Of a stretch of DNA of 64,000 nucleotides, positions 28,179 through 40,490 are shown piece after piece (positions within the stretch are counted from its first letter, which is position 1; every line of letters starts with the position of its first letter). The position numbers and the translations under genes were made by a program. The stretch comes from Octopus vulgaris (lineage: Eukaryota). Where the stretch lies: assembly GCA_951406725.2 (NCBI GenBank), contig OX597814.1, positions 38,440,001-38,504,000 on the forward strand. Direction: 5' to 3'. Below the pieces are notes generated by a model. It was not told the origin of the DNA, made no database searches, and saw nothing but the letters and a program-made list of their open reading frames with translations.

Positions 28179-28187
28179 ATGTATATT

Positions 28188-28325
<138 letters not shown>

Positions 28326-31266
28326 CTCCCAAGAATAAAAATAAACGAAATAACAACACCAATTATAAACAGCAAAAACCTAGCCGTCACTGAACTAGCC
28401 ACTGAAACAAAAAAAAGTGATATCACTGAACTAAATGACTTGATATACGCAGCAGCCACTGCAGCCACAAAAGAAGCTGGATACTCACCCAAACCCGCCC
28501 AAACAAGAGTACCACCACCCAAACAAACCCTGTGGATAAATAACATCCAAAACAAAATTAAAAAAATTAGAAAAGACCTGTCGATTCTTAATGAAATCAG
28601 CAAAGAATCAACGCTACTGAGCAACAAAAAGAGAACAAAAATGCTCCGCAAATATAACATCACAGAAAAAGATTTGCCGGAGATAAAAGAAAAGCTGAAG
28701 CAAGATATCCTTGCCAAAGATCAAAGGATCCGCCGGTACGAGAAACGCCAACGCTTCTTTGAACAGAACAAAAAGTTCAACACCAACCCCAAAAAGTTCT
28801 ACGAAGATCTGGGAAAAAATAAAATAGAAGTCACTGCAGCACCAACGGCAGAAGAATTGGAAGAATTCTGGAGAGAAATATGGTCGGCGAACGAACAGCC
28901 AAAGAAAAGGAGTATCAAAATAACAAACTCGGCATCTGAACAACTTTGGACCCCCATAACAACTGAAGAGGTCACCCAGGCACTGCAAAAACTAAGCAAC
29001 TGGAAGGCACCTGGGCATGACAAGATCCCCAACTTCTGGTTGAAATATCTAACAGGAATGCACAAAAAGCTGGCTGAAAACTTTAACAGCATACTAGCAG
29101 AGCCAGAGAAAATGCCTGAATGGCTCACGAAGGGGAAAACCATCTTAATTCCCAAATCAAATGAAACAGCAAAACCAGAAAACTACAGACCAATAACCTG
29201 CCTCCCTACTATGTTCAAGGCATTTACTGCAGTGATATCGCAAAGGCTGAACAAGCACCTGGACGAAAACAAACTGTTCCCAGAAGAGCAGAAAGGATGC
29301 CGCAAAGGCTCATATGGCTGTAAATATCAACTAATGATTAATAAAGCCGTAACTGAAGACAGCCACAGAAAGAAGAAAGGCCTCAGTATGGCCTGGATTG
29401 ACTACAAAAAGGCGTTTGATAGCATCCCCCACACATGGATCCTTGAAACACTAGCCATTAACAAAGTAGCACCAACAATCATAAAATTCATAGAGCACTC
29501 TATGAATAAATGGCGAACAGTCCTACATCTCCAAACAAAAGAGGGACTCATGAAAACCAAAGACATCCCCATCAGAAGAGGAATATTCCAGGGAGACACG
29601 CTCTCTCCACTCCTTTTCTGCTTGGCACTGTCACCTCTATCTGATATGCTAAATAGAACTGGATGCGGATATAAATGTTACGGCAAAACGATCAGCCACC
29701 TTTTATATATGGATGACCTAAAACTATACGCTGCAAATAACAAACAGCTGGAAACACTATTAAAGACAGTTCATGGATTTACCAAAGAAATAGATATGAA
29801 ATTTGGATTAGAAAAATGCGCCAAAGTAACCATGAAAAGAGGAAAACTAGTTAAAAGTAACAACATCACACTAGATAAAACCAATGAAATAAAAGAATTA
29901 GACCAAAGCCAAACTTACAAATACTTAGGAATCCATGAACTAGATAAGACACAACACACACAAATGAAAGAGAAAATAAAAAAAGAATATTATAGACGAG
30001 TTAGATCAATACTAAAAACAGAGCTCAATGCTAAAAACAAGATAATAGGTATCAACACTTTAGCTGTCCCAGTTATAAGTTACAGCTACAATATCCTTAA
30101 CTGGACACGAAATGAACTGTCCAAAATAGATAGGAAAACAAGAAAAATACTGACAGGATCTAGGATGCATCACCCAAAATCTGACATAGAAAGACTATAT
30201 ATACAACGTATAGAAGGTGGTAGAGGCCTTATACAGCTGGAAAACTACTATAAAATAACCACCATAGGACTGCAAAAATACCTACTTCAGAAGGAAGGAA
30301 AACTGATCCAGATAGCAGCAAAACACGAGCAAAACAAAAAACTGTTCTCAGTATTTAAGGAAGCTGACAAATACAAACAAAAAATCATACCACCTAATAA
30401 ACACGAAGAAGAAGAAGAAGATGATGAAGAAACAACAAAAGCTATAAAACAAATGAAATCCAAACTAAAAATAGAACAGCAACGAACCATGATAAAACGA
30501 TGGCAAGAAAAGCCCCTTCATGGTAAATACTGCACTAAACTAAACGCAAAAGAAATAGACAAAGAAACATCCCAGCAATGGTTGAGAAGCTCAGGACTCA
30601 AAGCAGAAACAGAGGGATTTTTAATTGCAGCACAAGACAAAAGCCTCCCCACCAGAAATTACCAAAAACATGTAATGAAAAGAAATATTACAAGTAACAG
30701 CAGAATATGTGGAGATGGACAAGAAACATTAAATCATATTATCTCTAGCTGCCCAGTCCTGGCTAAGAAGGAATATATTCACAGACATGACAGAGTTGGA
30801 ACCTACATACACTGGAAGCTATGCCAACAGTATGGAATAACAAAGAAAAAAGATGGTATAGGCACACACCAGAAAAGGTTACAGAAAACGAGAAAGCAAC
30901 AATACTCTGGGATATGCCGATACACACAGATAGAGAAATTAAGGCCAACAGACCAGATATAGTTGTCAGAGATCATGAAGAAAAAAATGCATTCTAATTG
31001 ATGTATCAATACCGGCAGATGACAACGTGTCTCTAAAAGAAATGGAGAAACTCTCAAAATACAAAGACCTGGAAATAGAGGTAACTAGAATGTGGAATCT
31101 GAAAACAGAAACAATTCCTATCATAGTAGGTGCATTAGGCATGATAAAAAAATATTCAGACAAATACATAACAAAAACACCAGGACTTACAAACACATAT
31201 ATCATACAGAAAATTGCACTACTAGGCACTGCACACATCCTACGCAGAGCACTTTCCATACAATAA
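28326..31266 (+). pseudogene. Dong/R4 RT-RLE ORF, open for ~840 codons, then two single-base frameshifts
   Basis: Motifs KAPGHDKIPNFWLK, NYRPITCL, EQKGCRKG, WIDYKKAFDS, GIFQGDTLSPLLF, LYMDDLKL and YKYLG. Knuckle (S)RICG..ETLNHIISSC; RHDRV. After frameshifts at ~30845 and ~30985: KANRPDIVV..LIDVSIP..KLSKYKDL (PD-D/ExK RLE). Confidence 0.93.
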
Positions 31267-31360
31267 CCATCAGAGCATCACAACAAATCACAGCACATAC
31301 CCAAGGCACACAGAGCTGCGCTCGGTAGTGAAGTGAAAGCACGCTATAAAAATAAAACTA

Positions 31361-31363
<3 letters not shown>
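28326..31363 (+). mobile_element. R4/Dong-clade non-LTR retrotransposon (RT + zinc knuckle + restriction-like endonuclease), 5'-truncated, inserted in (AAT)n
   Basis: Both ends abut (AAT)n. Contains a single ORF with RT and a C-terminal RLE, then a ~100-bp 3' UTR. TAA-repeat targeting is the known specificity of Dong elements. Confidence 0.92.

Positions 31364-31447
<84 letters not shown>
31364..31447. repeat. (AAT)n tail / target repeat of the Dong element
   Basis: Directly visible. Confidence 0.97.
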
Positions 31448-31448
<1 letters not shown>

Positions 31449-31590
31449 TCGAAAACTACCTTACGAATGAAAACCCAGGCTCAATTTTTTCTCAAGACAC
31501 CTGATGAAAGCCGGAGAGTATATCAGGCGAAATGTGTTAAAAACAAACAAGATGAGGACAGATATCCGTCACATGTAAATAATGCAAATA
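31448..31590 (+). repeat. Right arm of the inverted tRNA/hammerhead module (continuation after the Dong insertion), with degenerate hammerhead core
   Basis: ACAC-CTGATGA (31501-31507), stem II GCC..GGC, GAAA (31529-31532), TGTGT. The CGT of the cleavage-site region seen in the left arm is missing. Matches the reverse complement of 27915-28035. Confidence 0.7.
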
Positions 31591-34548
31591 ATATAGCTTG
31601 AAAATGTTTTTGTTCTTAACTTTTAAACATCAGTGGGACACTTATTTGACTGTTTGATAATTCTTATTTAGATTTTGGAGAAGTTGAATATTCATAACCA
31701 TTCAGTACAATATAACGGAAGTACTGTTTCGTATCTTTTATGCGAAATACATTTTTATGATCCTCCACTAATCTAAACGATAAGAACACGGTTGTTCGAT
31801 CAGCTTATCTCAATCGTTGTTCATCAATATGTAAATGGTAATATTTTCTGAATATTACCCGTACGCTTAACGTAAGTTTCAAACTGGTTGAATGAGGCAC
31901 ACTATATAACAAATATAGATCATTGAATTATTGATTCGAAATGTACATCGATCTTCCATTTAGAATTCGTCAACAAAATTTTGCTCAACATTTTGGGTTG
32001 CATCCAATCTGTGATAAAATCAGTCGGCAAATATGTTAGATGAGATATGGAAGCCCACACACTTCTCATGATTTCGAGGTAATTCCTAATACCTTAGCCA
32101 CTGCTACAACGACTGAATATCAGTGTCTTTTCAAACAAATGATTGATTAAACAATGATACATACTATGTGTTAAGAACATAATGGAATACTTGAAATATT
32201 TGTCTAGATTGCGTATATAATTGGTAATTTCTCTTCAACGATACTTAAAAAATTTACTACAAAATTTAAATAAATTCTTCACCAAGTTCACATAAATATT
32301 TATTCAATATCCTGTCTGAGAAAACATTGATTATTGTCTTAATGAAATGTGACGTGTTTGGCGGCAGTGTATTGTCCAGTTACATGAATGTTTTCTTCAT
32401 AAATTGAAAACTTGCTTTCAATGCAAAAAAATGACTGCCAAACAATCAGTTTTTCGGACAATAAAACTCCAAACACGACCGTTTGCTGCTTCAGTTATTA
32501 CCAAGTGACTAGATTTATCTAATTAATTATCATTGCTTGTGTTTAATGATAAAAGGCTACGAGTTTGTTCACCAAACGTTTGCCTGTGTTTATTACTTTC
32601 CTGTCCCCTGACAATTGATTGCAGCAACTTCATGACATACTTCTTCTTTTGATAACCCTCATTCAAAAAGAGCTTATTTATTTCTTCGTGTATTTTATTA
32701 ATTTATTTTCTTCTTAACTCTTTTATTACATTTTATCCTATAGAAGAACCTATGGTTACTTTCGAGTTAATCATTGAATTTGACGAAAATATATTTTCCT
32801 TGTTCTTTATTTAATAATCTTCTTAAAAACTAAAAACCTATGGCTGTATCTTGTTTAAAATATGAATGCATTGTAACAAGAATGATTGTCTATCATTGTA
32901 TATTAGGAATTTCATGAGAAATATCTATAACTTGAATAAAATATTAGTATATACACGCGTGAATATAAGTTCAAATGACAATGCTTCAAGACTGAAAAGG
33001 TTTAGAAATTTGACTCAATTGAAAGTACATATCTTACTGTAATTAGCACGGTCCTAACAATTATTAAATTATTTTAAGTACGTATGAAGTTATGACCAGG
33101 TACTCACAGCTATCAACCTTTCTGTTATCAATGTATTGCATTGACGTCAATCTGTTATTTACCACGTGATAATAATACCAACCCATATCTGGTTCTAAAA
33201 TTTCCCGTTCTGCTTATTTCGTTCTCCATGACCCGACTTACGACTGCTTTCCAAGAACATTATTCACGCTAAACCTACTGAAATAATAATGTACATAGTT
33301 TGATACCGCACACAGAAACAAAAACCGAAATAGTTATTTTCATATTTGACATATCTGTTCGTAATGAAATTGGCAACCAATACTGTCAAAATATTTTGTA
33401 TGACCGAAATAATAACACTGAAGACCGACGGATTTGCAATAAGTAACCCTTGATTCATAGAGTGAAGCATTTTTCTTTGTTATAATGTATGCATACATAA
33501 TATATGTATGCATATGTATATAATGAACACCCTCTAGTGATTTAGCGACATTGCTTTTCTGAATTTCATTATATCGAGCATCAGGATTCAAGTTTTGTTT
33601 TAATAGGTTAAATCTGGTTACAATACTGGACTAGTTGAAATATCCCATTGAACTCAGATTGCAAAGTATCATATAGGTGCAAAGCCGAGCAGCTTTATTC
33701 AAGTTCTCTTAGTTATTCAGTCTATGTTTTTGATCACTTTTAGAGTAATTTTGCGAGTAATTTTATGGATTTTGACATTTTAGTCTTTTGAGATATCGGG
33801 ATTTTTCAAATTGATTTCTCCATTCCTGTTGTAAATCGTACGATTTAATCAATCTTCGAGGAAGAAATCGTCAATTTTACTTCAAATCTAACTTCATTTT
33901 AGCCCCAAAATTTGATTTTAATATATAAATTAGTCCTATCAGCAGTCTTCCATACACGTTTGAAGCTGCGGAGTTTAATGGTTTATTTATCTTTGTCTCT
34001 TTTCAAAATTGTCTCTCTTTCAAAATTGTATAATCGAAGAAAATATAATTTTTGTTCGTGCCTTATGTTTCGCTGTCGATTTTTTTCTTGCACATGCGGG
34101 AGAAAATATTAAGAAAATACTTAACCTCATCTCCACTACCTACACTGATATTGGCGTTAAAGCAATCCTGAAAAAGGTTAAGGTAATAGTTAGACATTTT
34201 CAAAGGTGACATATTTGGAATCAGATATACTTGTCAATGAGACCTCACTTGCGGTTTTTGGTTTTTGTGTATCTTCATATATTTAATTTTAAATGGGAGG
34301 ATAATTTAGTTTCTGAAATCAAATTGAGGACTGAGACAGATCAAGTTATATTTTCCACTCTGCAAATCAGAATCAGTGACTTGAAAGGCCACAGCAAATT
34401 GTGTCAGTGTGATGCTTGTATTAATACCGTACTGCTGCATTCGATGTACTTATAGAAGGTATACGCCAGAAAACACAAGAAATCTCCAAGAAATCTACAT
34501 AGGAAAAATAGGAAATACTTAATACCTGACACATGAGTGTAAAAATGA

Positions 34549-34742
34549 GCCTTCAGTCATCAGCTGTCATATGCAGAAAATGTCAACCTTGTCATATAAC
34601 TTTAAGAGTCCAGAATTAGAAAAGGGGGACATTACAGTCAAATAAGTTTCAGTCTGGATCCCCAACACATGAGATGACGGAAATTCAGCTGTTTTCATAA
34701 TAAATATTGGCATTTGTATGACAGCCGTATGACTGTATGAGG
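34549..34742. repeat. Degenerate inverted repeat (old MITE-like)
   Basis: CCTTCAGTCATCAGCTGTCATAT..AAATGTCAA versus the reverse complement of TTGGCATTTGTATGACAGCCGTATGACTGTATGAGG. Confidence 0.5.
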
Positions 34743-35000
34743 ACATTATTGTATATACGTATTTGAGACATTATTGCATATAAGAAACATTCGAATTACT
34801 ACTAAATATTAAAAGATAATTTCCGAAAATATAAAGATGAAATTATCCATAGTAGAGAGTTCAAAGTTAACTAGTTCAAAAGCCAGAGTTTCCATACACG
34901 AAAAAAAAACACATATCGGGATTACAAGTCTGGTTATAAATATATACACAATATCCACCTGCATACACACTATTGTCTTTTATGCCGATATATCCAAATA

Positions 35001-35510
35001 CCGTAAATTCTCGAGTATAGTCCGCCCTTGAATATATTACACAGGGGATTTTTAGGGGTTGTACCTCTGAAAAATTTAAACCTTGTATATAAAACGCACC
35101 CCTTCCCTAACTTGAGTCGTGCGTAATCAAGCCAGCAGCACCTAGTCGAACAAACACTTCGGCGCATGCCTAATAGAATAATGGTGATGTTCTTAACTGT
35201 TATATGGGAATGTAAATATGCTTGCAAATTGTTTTTCTTACATGTTATCGTGTGTTCAGAATACTTTTATTTTAATAAACGTTGTTTATTGCAAGTTATA
35301 CATGATTCTTCATTGCATTCAGGCTTAGCATAAGGTATTTTTGTGCCCGACATCACAAAATGCGTCTGAATAAACATTGCCGGACAGCAAATAGAGACGC
35401 AGACAAGCTTAGAAAATATTTTAAATTTTTAACCTCGTATATATTACGGACTAGGGATTTTGACCTTTAAAGTTTTTGACAAAAGTGCGATTATACTCGA
35501 AGATTTACTG
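35001..35510. mobile_element. Tc2/pogo-type MITE, 510 bp
   Basis: TIRs CCGTAAATTCTCGAGTATAGTCCGC / GCGATTATACTCGAAGATTTACTG, with TA on both sides. Internal repeated AACCT(T/C)GTATATA motif; no ORF. Confidence 0.85.
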
Positions 35511-35994
35511 TATCTATAGTTGATATAAAAATTAAATCTAAATAAATGCAGAGAAACAGAGACATGCCATTCTTGACCAACTTTCGCGCAAAAGGTGATT
35601 AAGAATTGTAAGCATAATTGGAGCTAAAGAGAAATCTAATGGCCCATACTAGAATACTATCGATAATGTGATAAATGAATGTCTGAAACGTTAAACGTTT
35701 TTACGTGCCAAAAAGAGCTGACCGCTATCCCTCTCTCCCTCCTTTCTCTGTCTTGTGTGTGTGCGTGTTTGTACACGTTTGTGTGTGTGTGTTGTGGTGT
35801 GTTGTGTGATATATGGGTAAAGAAAAATGTGTTGCGCCAACGTAGATTTCAATTATTGGTGAGCTAGTTCTCTTTATAGGTGTTGATTTGTAAGTACACA
35901 ATTCTATTGTATTATGCACTGAAACGACCGTGTTCGTAAGCATGAGAAGTGGAGAAATATATATAATCACCCTTCATACCAACTGACATATCAT

Positions 35995-36042
<48 letters not shown>

Positions 36043-36069
36043 CACATACCATGACAAGTAACTGTCTTC

Positions 36070-36715
36070 AGCGCTTTTTACAGAGAGCATATTTCTCCTA
36101 ACCAGTCACTATTCAGTTCAAAGAACGGTTCATTCGTGAAATATGACTGCGAAGAAGATTACACATTCACTCTCTGCTTACGATTAGACTCAGAAAGTTT
36201 GTGAGGAACGCATTGACGCAACTTGATGACTTTCCCGATACCACGCAACAGGCGATAGATGGATGAGTGAGCGACCACATCCAAGCTTCTCTGCTAGTTC
36301 CTCAACAGTTACGATGAGATTTTGTTCTACCAGAGTTTGCTGGACGTCCTTGTCGATCTCTACAGACGTTCTAAGTCGGGGCTCGTCTTCTAGGCTGCAG
36401 TTTCCGATTCGAATTAACTATAACCACCGTTGACACTGGATTACACTTATTATTTTATCCCCCTATACTGCATTAATATTCCCCTCTCTATTTGTTCGTT
36501 GTTTTTATTGAACTCATAAAGGAAAACATACCGAATATGCTCCTTTGTCACTTGCAATATAGCTTTGAAGACATAACTGTTAAAATTGAACTGTACTCTT
36601 CAAACCTTCCACTGAGAGTAATTTACTACCTGGTTTTATAGCAAGTTCATGCAGGTAGTTTATCGCGCACCCCTCCGAATTTTTATTCATGCAATTGAAA
36701 AAGCCGTATTTATGC
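36070..36715 (-). mobile_element. Mariner remnant, 5' half (HTH through first catalytic D region)
   Basis: Minus strand: QVTKEHIRYVFLYEFN..NINAV.GDKIISVIQCQRW..SLEDEPR..VTVEELAEKLG..CVPHKLSESNRKQRV..NEPF..IVTG. Confidence 0.8.
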
Positions 36716-36869
36716 GTGTATTTATGTATGTGAGTTGTGTATGTGCTCTTTTGTATGCGCGTGTCGGTGTGCGTGTGTATATGTGCGCTTCTATGTGTAT
36801 ACGTGTATGCGTGTTTGTGTGTGTGTAACAAGGTTATATTTTTTTTTATCATTATAAATATTTAACAAT

Positions 36870-37500
36870 TTTTTCACATCTAAGAATCTATTTTGCGTCA
36901 GTTTCGGTATGTCGAAGGAAGCATTAAGAACATTCAAAGGAAGAACCGATGATAAATGTTGTGGAAGAATGTCATGATTTAGTGTTACCTCCAGTCATGT
37001 CGATATTGGGAACCATTTAACGTGCCGAATTAAATGTCACAGTGAAGGGCAGTGGAACATTTTTCAAAGCCCAAAGAATGTTTAATATAGGAGGCAATCG
37101 CCCCACAAATCGTGATTGAAATATGTTCGAAAGTTTATGAGGGTGAAATATTTATATGCTGAATTTTATAGAAATGCCTAATTCCAAAGGGAATCGGGAC
37201 ACTATTACTGTCCGTTTGGAAAAAAAAAATTCCTTAACAAACCTAAGCAAATTGCTAAAAATATGAAATGCTTAAAATTTCTTCGTAAATGGGAAAAAAA
37301 ATGGGGTGACAATAATTTCACAAGCATTGGATTTATTACCCTCATATATTCTATTTTTAGGTGGTTAAATTCATTAGGGTAAAATGAATTCCGTACGTAT
37401 ATGACTTTGGAAGAATTATGCAGCATTTTAGGGTCTAATTCAAGTGAGATTCCTATTAAAGAATTCATATTAAAGGACATCTTCCACAGTATTAAATAGG
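36870..37500 (-). mobile_element. Decayed Penelope-like RT remnant
   Basis: ORF 37205-37480 contains EFNHLKIEYMRVINP, similar to the PLE DHK.NF...RLINP motif. Otherwise heavily degraded. Confidence 0.35.
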
Positions 37501-37814
37501 TCTTTAATTAAATAGGTAACAAAGAAGGGAGAAGCAGAAATGAGGGTAGCATTTACGATCGTTTCGAATTACTGGTTTAAGTATCTTTAATACAAAACGA
37601 AAAGCCATAAATACATATTAGTACCCCAGATACCTACGACAACAAATTTCACATCTTTTCTCACCAACATGTGTATTCGGTCGCAGTGGCACATAGGCGG
37701 CTATGCTGCCCCGAAGTAAACAGAAATGTTTCAATTACAATGACAGATGATAGTTTTTTTTTTACATTTTATTTTTATCGGTGGTCAGCATACAAAAAGA
37801 AACCAATTAAGGTA

Positions 37815-38111
37815 AAATTATATATATAATTATAATGAAGCGTAGGGAAATAAATTTTCTAGCCTATATGCTGAACTAGACGCTAAATTGTCTAACCACT
37901 TAAGAAGTCACAATGTACACGCGTGTTGAAATTGAAGCAACAATCTTATGAACATTAATAACATACATAAACAGTGGATTAGTTAATTTCTGAATTTCAA
38001 CAGTTGTCTAATTTGTCACTTCTTAAGTGGTGAGAAGATTTAGCCTTTACTTCAGCATATATGCTCCAAAAATTTTTTGTATACCCTTAATTATAATTAT
38101 ATATATAATTT
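37815..38111. repeat. ~300-bp imperfect palindrome (foldback/MITE-like)
   Basis: Arms of ~120 bp: AAATTATATATATAATTATAAT..TATATGCTGAA..GCTAAAT..ACCACTTAAGAAGT..TGTTGAAATT, mirrored by AATTTCAACA..ACTTCTTAAGTGGT..ATTTAGC..TTCAGCATATA..ATTATAATTATATATATAATTT. Confidence 0.85.
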
Positions 38112-38190
38112 CAGCTGAAGAAGTCGTTTTTTTATATTCTGGCCACTGAAATATAAACGAAATCATGTGTGTGTGTGTGTGTGTGTGTGT

Positions 38191-38595
38191 AAAGGCACAG
38201 GCGTGACTTCGAAGCATATTTCCCTACCACATTGCTCCATGCTCTTTCCCGCCGCGTGACACCTTGCGCAGAAGTCTTTTGTTGTAGCCTCGCGCCGATC
38301 AAAGCCTTGTTAGTGGATTTGGTAGATGGAAGCGAAAAGAAGCCCGTTGTGTATAGATGTATGTAGGTATATATTTGTGTGTTTGTGTCTGCGTTTGTCC
38401 CACACCCATCGCTTGACAACCGTGTGTTTATGTCCCAATTACCTAGTGGTTCGGCAAAGTTGAACAATAAAATAAGTACTTGGCTCGCAAAAATAGATTC
38501 TGGGGTAGTTTTATTGCACTAAAACCCATTCATATATTGCTCCAATACAGCCGCAGTCAGCTGACTGAAAAAAATGGAAAATAAAAGAATAAAAT
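38191..38595 (+). mobile_element. SINE family B copy
   Basis: AAGGCACAGGCGTGAC head; AAAGCCTTGTTAGTGGATTTGGTAGATGGAA..AAGAAGCCCGT; TGCTCCAATACAGCCGCAGTCAGCTGACTGAAA tail. Confidence 0.78.
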
Positions 38596-40431
38596 AATGC
38601 ACACAAATACACATGTATGCGTATAAAATATTACGACGGCCTATAGAAAGAGAAGTTGGAGATCCTCTCTGTCAAAGTGATTATAGTTAAACAGCTATAT
38701 ACTTCCCTTTTGGGTGTGGTCTTCGTAGCATCAAATATTATTGGACTTAATTGAAATTGCGGACAACGGCCTAAGCTCCAGAGAACATATCAACAAATGT
38801 GTTGTTATGGTTCGCATAAATCTCTTGCGTGCATCGATCCGTAGCTTTTCTACTCTAAAGATCCTCATACCATCCTTCTTCCATTTACTTTTTTAATTTT
38901 TTGTTTTGTTTTACTCATTGCATTGAATGCTGGTAAGTTTCTTGAAGAAAAACAATTTTCGCCTTTCTGCACTAATTAACATGTTATGATAATTGAAACA
39001 ATAAGCAAATACATATAAATAGCATGATAATTCTTGAATATTGGCACGACCCTGAAAAAGTGTAAAATTCATTGTCGCTAAAAAAAATCCAACATGGTCT
39101 GAAAGATGTCTGTATCAAGTGTATATGTTACACATGATTTGCCATCTGACCCATAGCCCTCTTACAAATATGGTAAGCACATTTCTCAACAAAACTGTGA
39201 TGCATTATTTTAAATCTCAAGCGATACTGCCTAATTCACTATCGTGCGGAAGTTAATTAAGGCAAAACTATATCATTCAAACGGTACCTACCGAAATTTC
39301 TACAAGAAATACCAGAAACGTGACCGCCCTTGATGCATCACGTGAAAGAACTCTCTACATGAGTTCGAGTTTGCTATTGTATTTTGAAGCACGACTTCAA
39401 AGACTAAAACACGAATCCACGTGAAGTCATTATGATGAACCAGACTTCTGTGTCTAATGGAAAAAGACTGTAAATTTTATAAATGTGTGTGTATCTGTAA
39501 GTGTGTGTGTCTGTGTGTGTTTTGTGTGAAATGCATAATATATTTGTATGTATGCGTTTGGGTTTACATATCAATAACCTCCTTGAAAACGGCATTTTCT
39601 GGTTTTTACATATAAAAGAATATTTAAAATTTCTATAGATTTTTTTTAAAATTCATGCTAAATTTAAAGAAAAGCAATCTATTTTGCCATAGTGTACTGT
39701 TCATATTTTAAATTCTATGTGAGCGGCTTCGAATTTGTTTTTAAAAATATTTTGTATATTTTCTTTTTCCTTTACGTTTATATAGCTACATAGAAAGAGA
39801 TTGCTAATTACTATAAAACAAATATCTGTATTGAATCTGGCCTCAAATAAATTGATCTGACTTCACTTCCAACAATGCAATTTTCCAAACTATTTATTGA
39901 TGCCTGAAGTGTCTAATGTCTTTGTTTGTTTTCTGTTTTTGTAATCCTTTAGAAGTGTCTGTATATGTAATTTTCAAGTATGTAGATGTAGATGCAAGCC
40001 TGCGTTTTATGTACAACATATTTGAGATTTTTCATATGTGTGTGTGTGAGCATGTGTTTGTACGCGTACGTGCTTCAACATATATGTTTTCGTTACTGTA
40101 ATCATAGCTTCCATTGAGCGTCCATTGCTGATTAGAAAGAAGATCACTATCGGAAATAGAACTTAGTGAAGAAAAAATGTAAACAATGTTATAATAATCA
40201 ATGGTTAGAAATGGTTGAGAAAATGAGAGACAGCGAAAGAGAAGCTCAGTGAATGTAACAATATGGTAGCGTAAGAGATAAGAAACGTTGGATGGGTGTT
40301 GACTGAATCTGCATGGGTGATAGAATGCGAAAGTGCAGCTCTAAATGTAGTGAAAGTATTTGAAATGATAACTGTGAAACTGTATGTTGAAGAATATTGA
40401 GAGTGTGAGAAATAATTAGAGTTCAAAGGGA

Positions 40432-40434
40432 GAG

Positions 40435-40486
<52 letters not shown>
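40432..40486. repeat. (AG)n microsatellite
   Basis: Directly visible. Confidence 0.95.

Positions 40487-40490
<4 letters not shown>

Noticed and set aside
38845-38932. Signal-peptide-like exon (..ILLPFTFLIFCFVLLIALNA) ending at CTG|GTAAGT
   Set aside because: No in-frame ATG, hydrophobicity is explained by T-rich sequence, and no downstream coding exon was identified.
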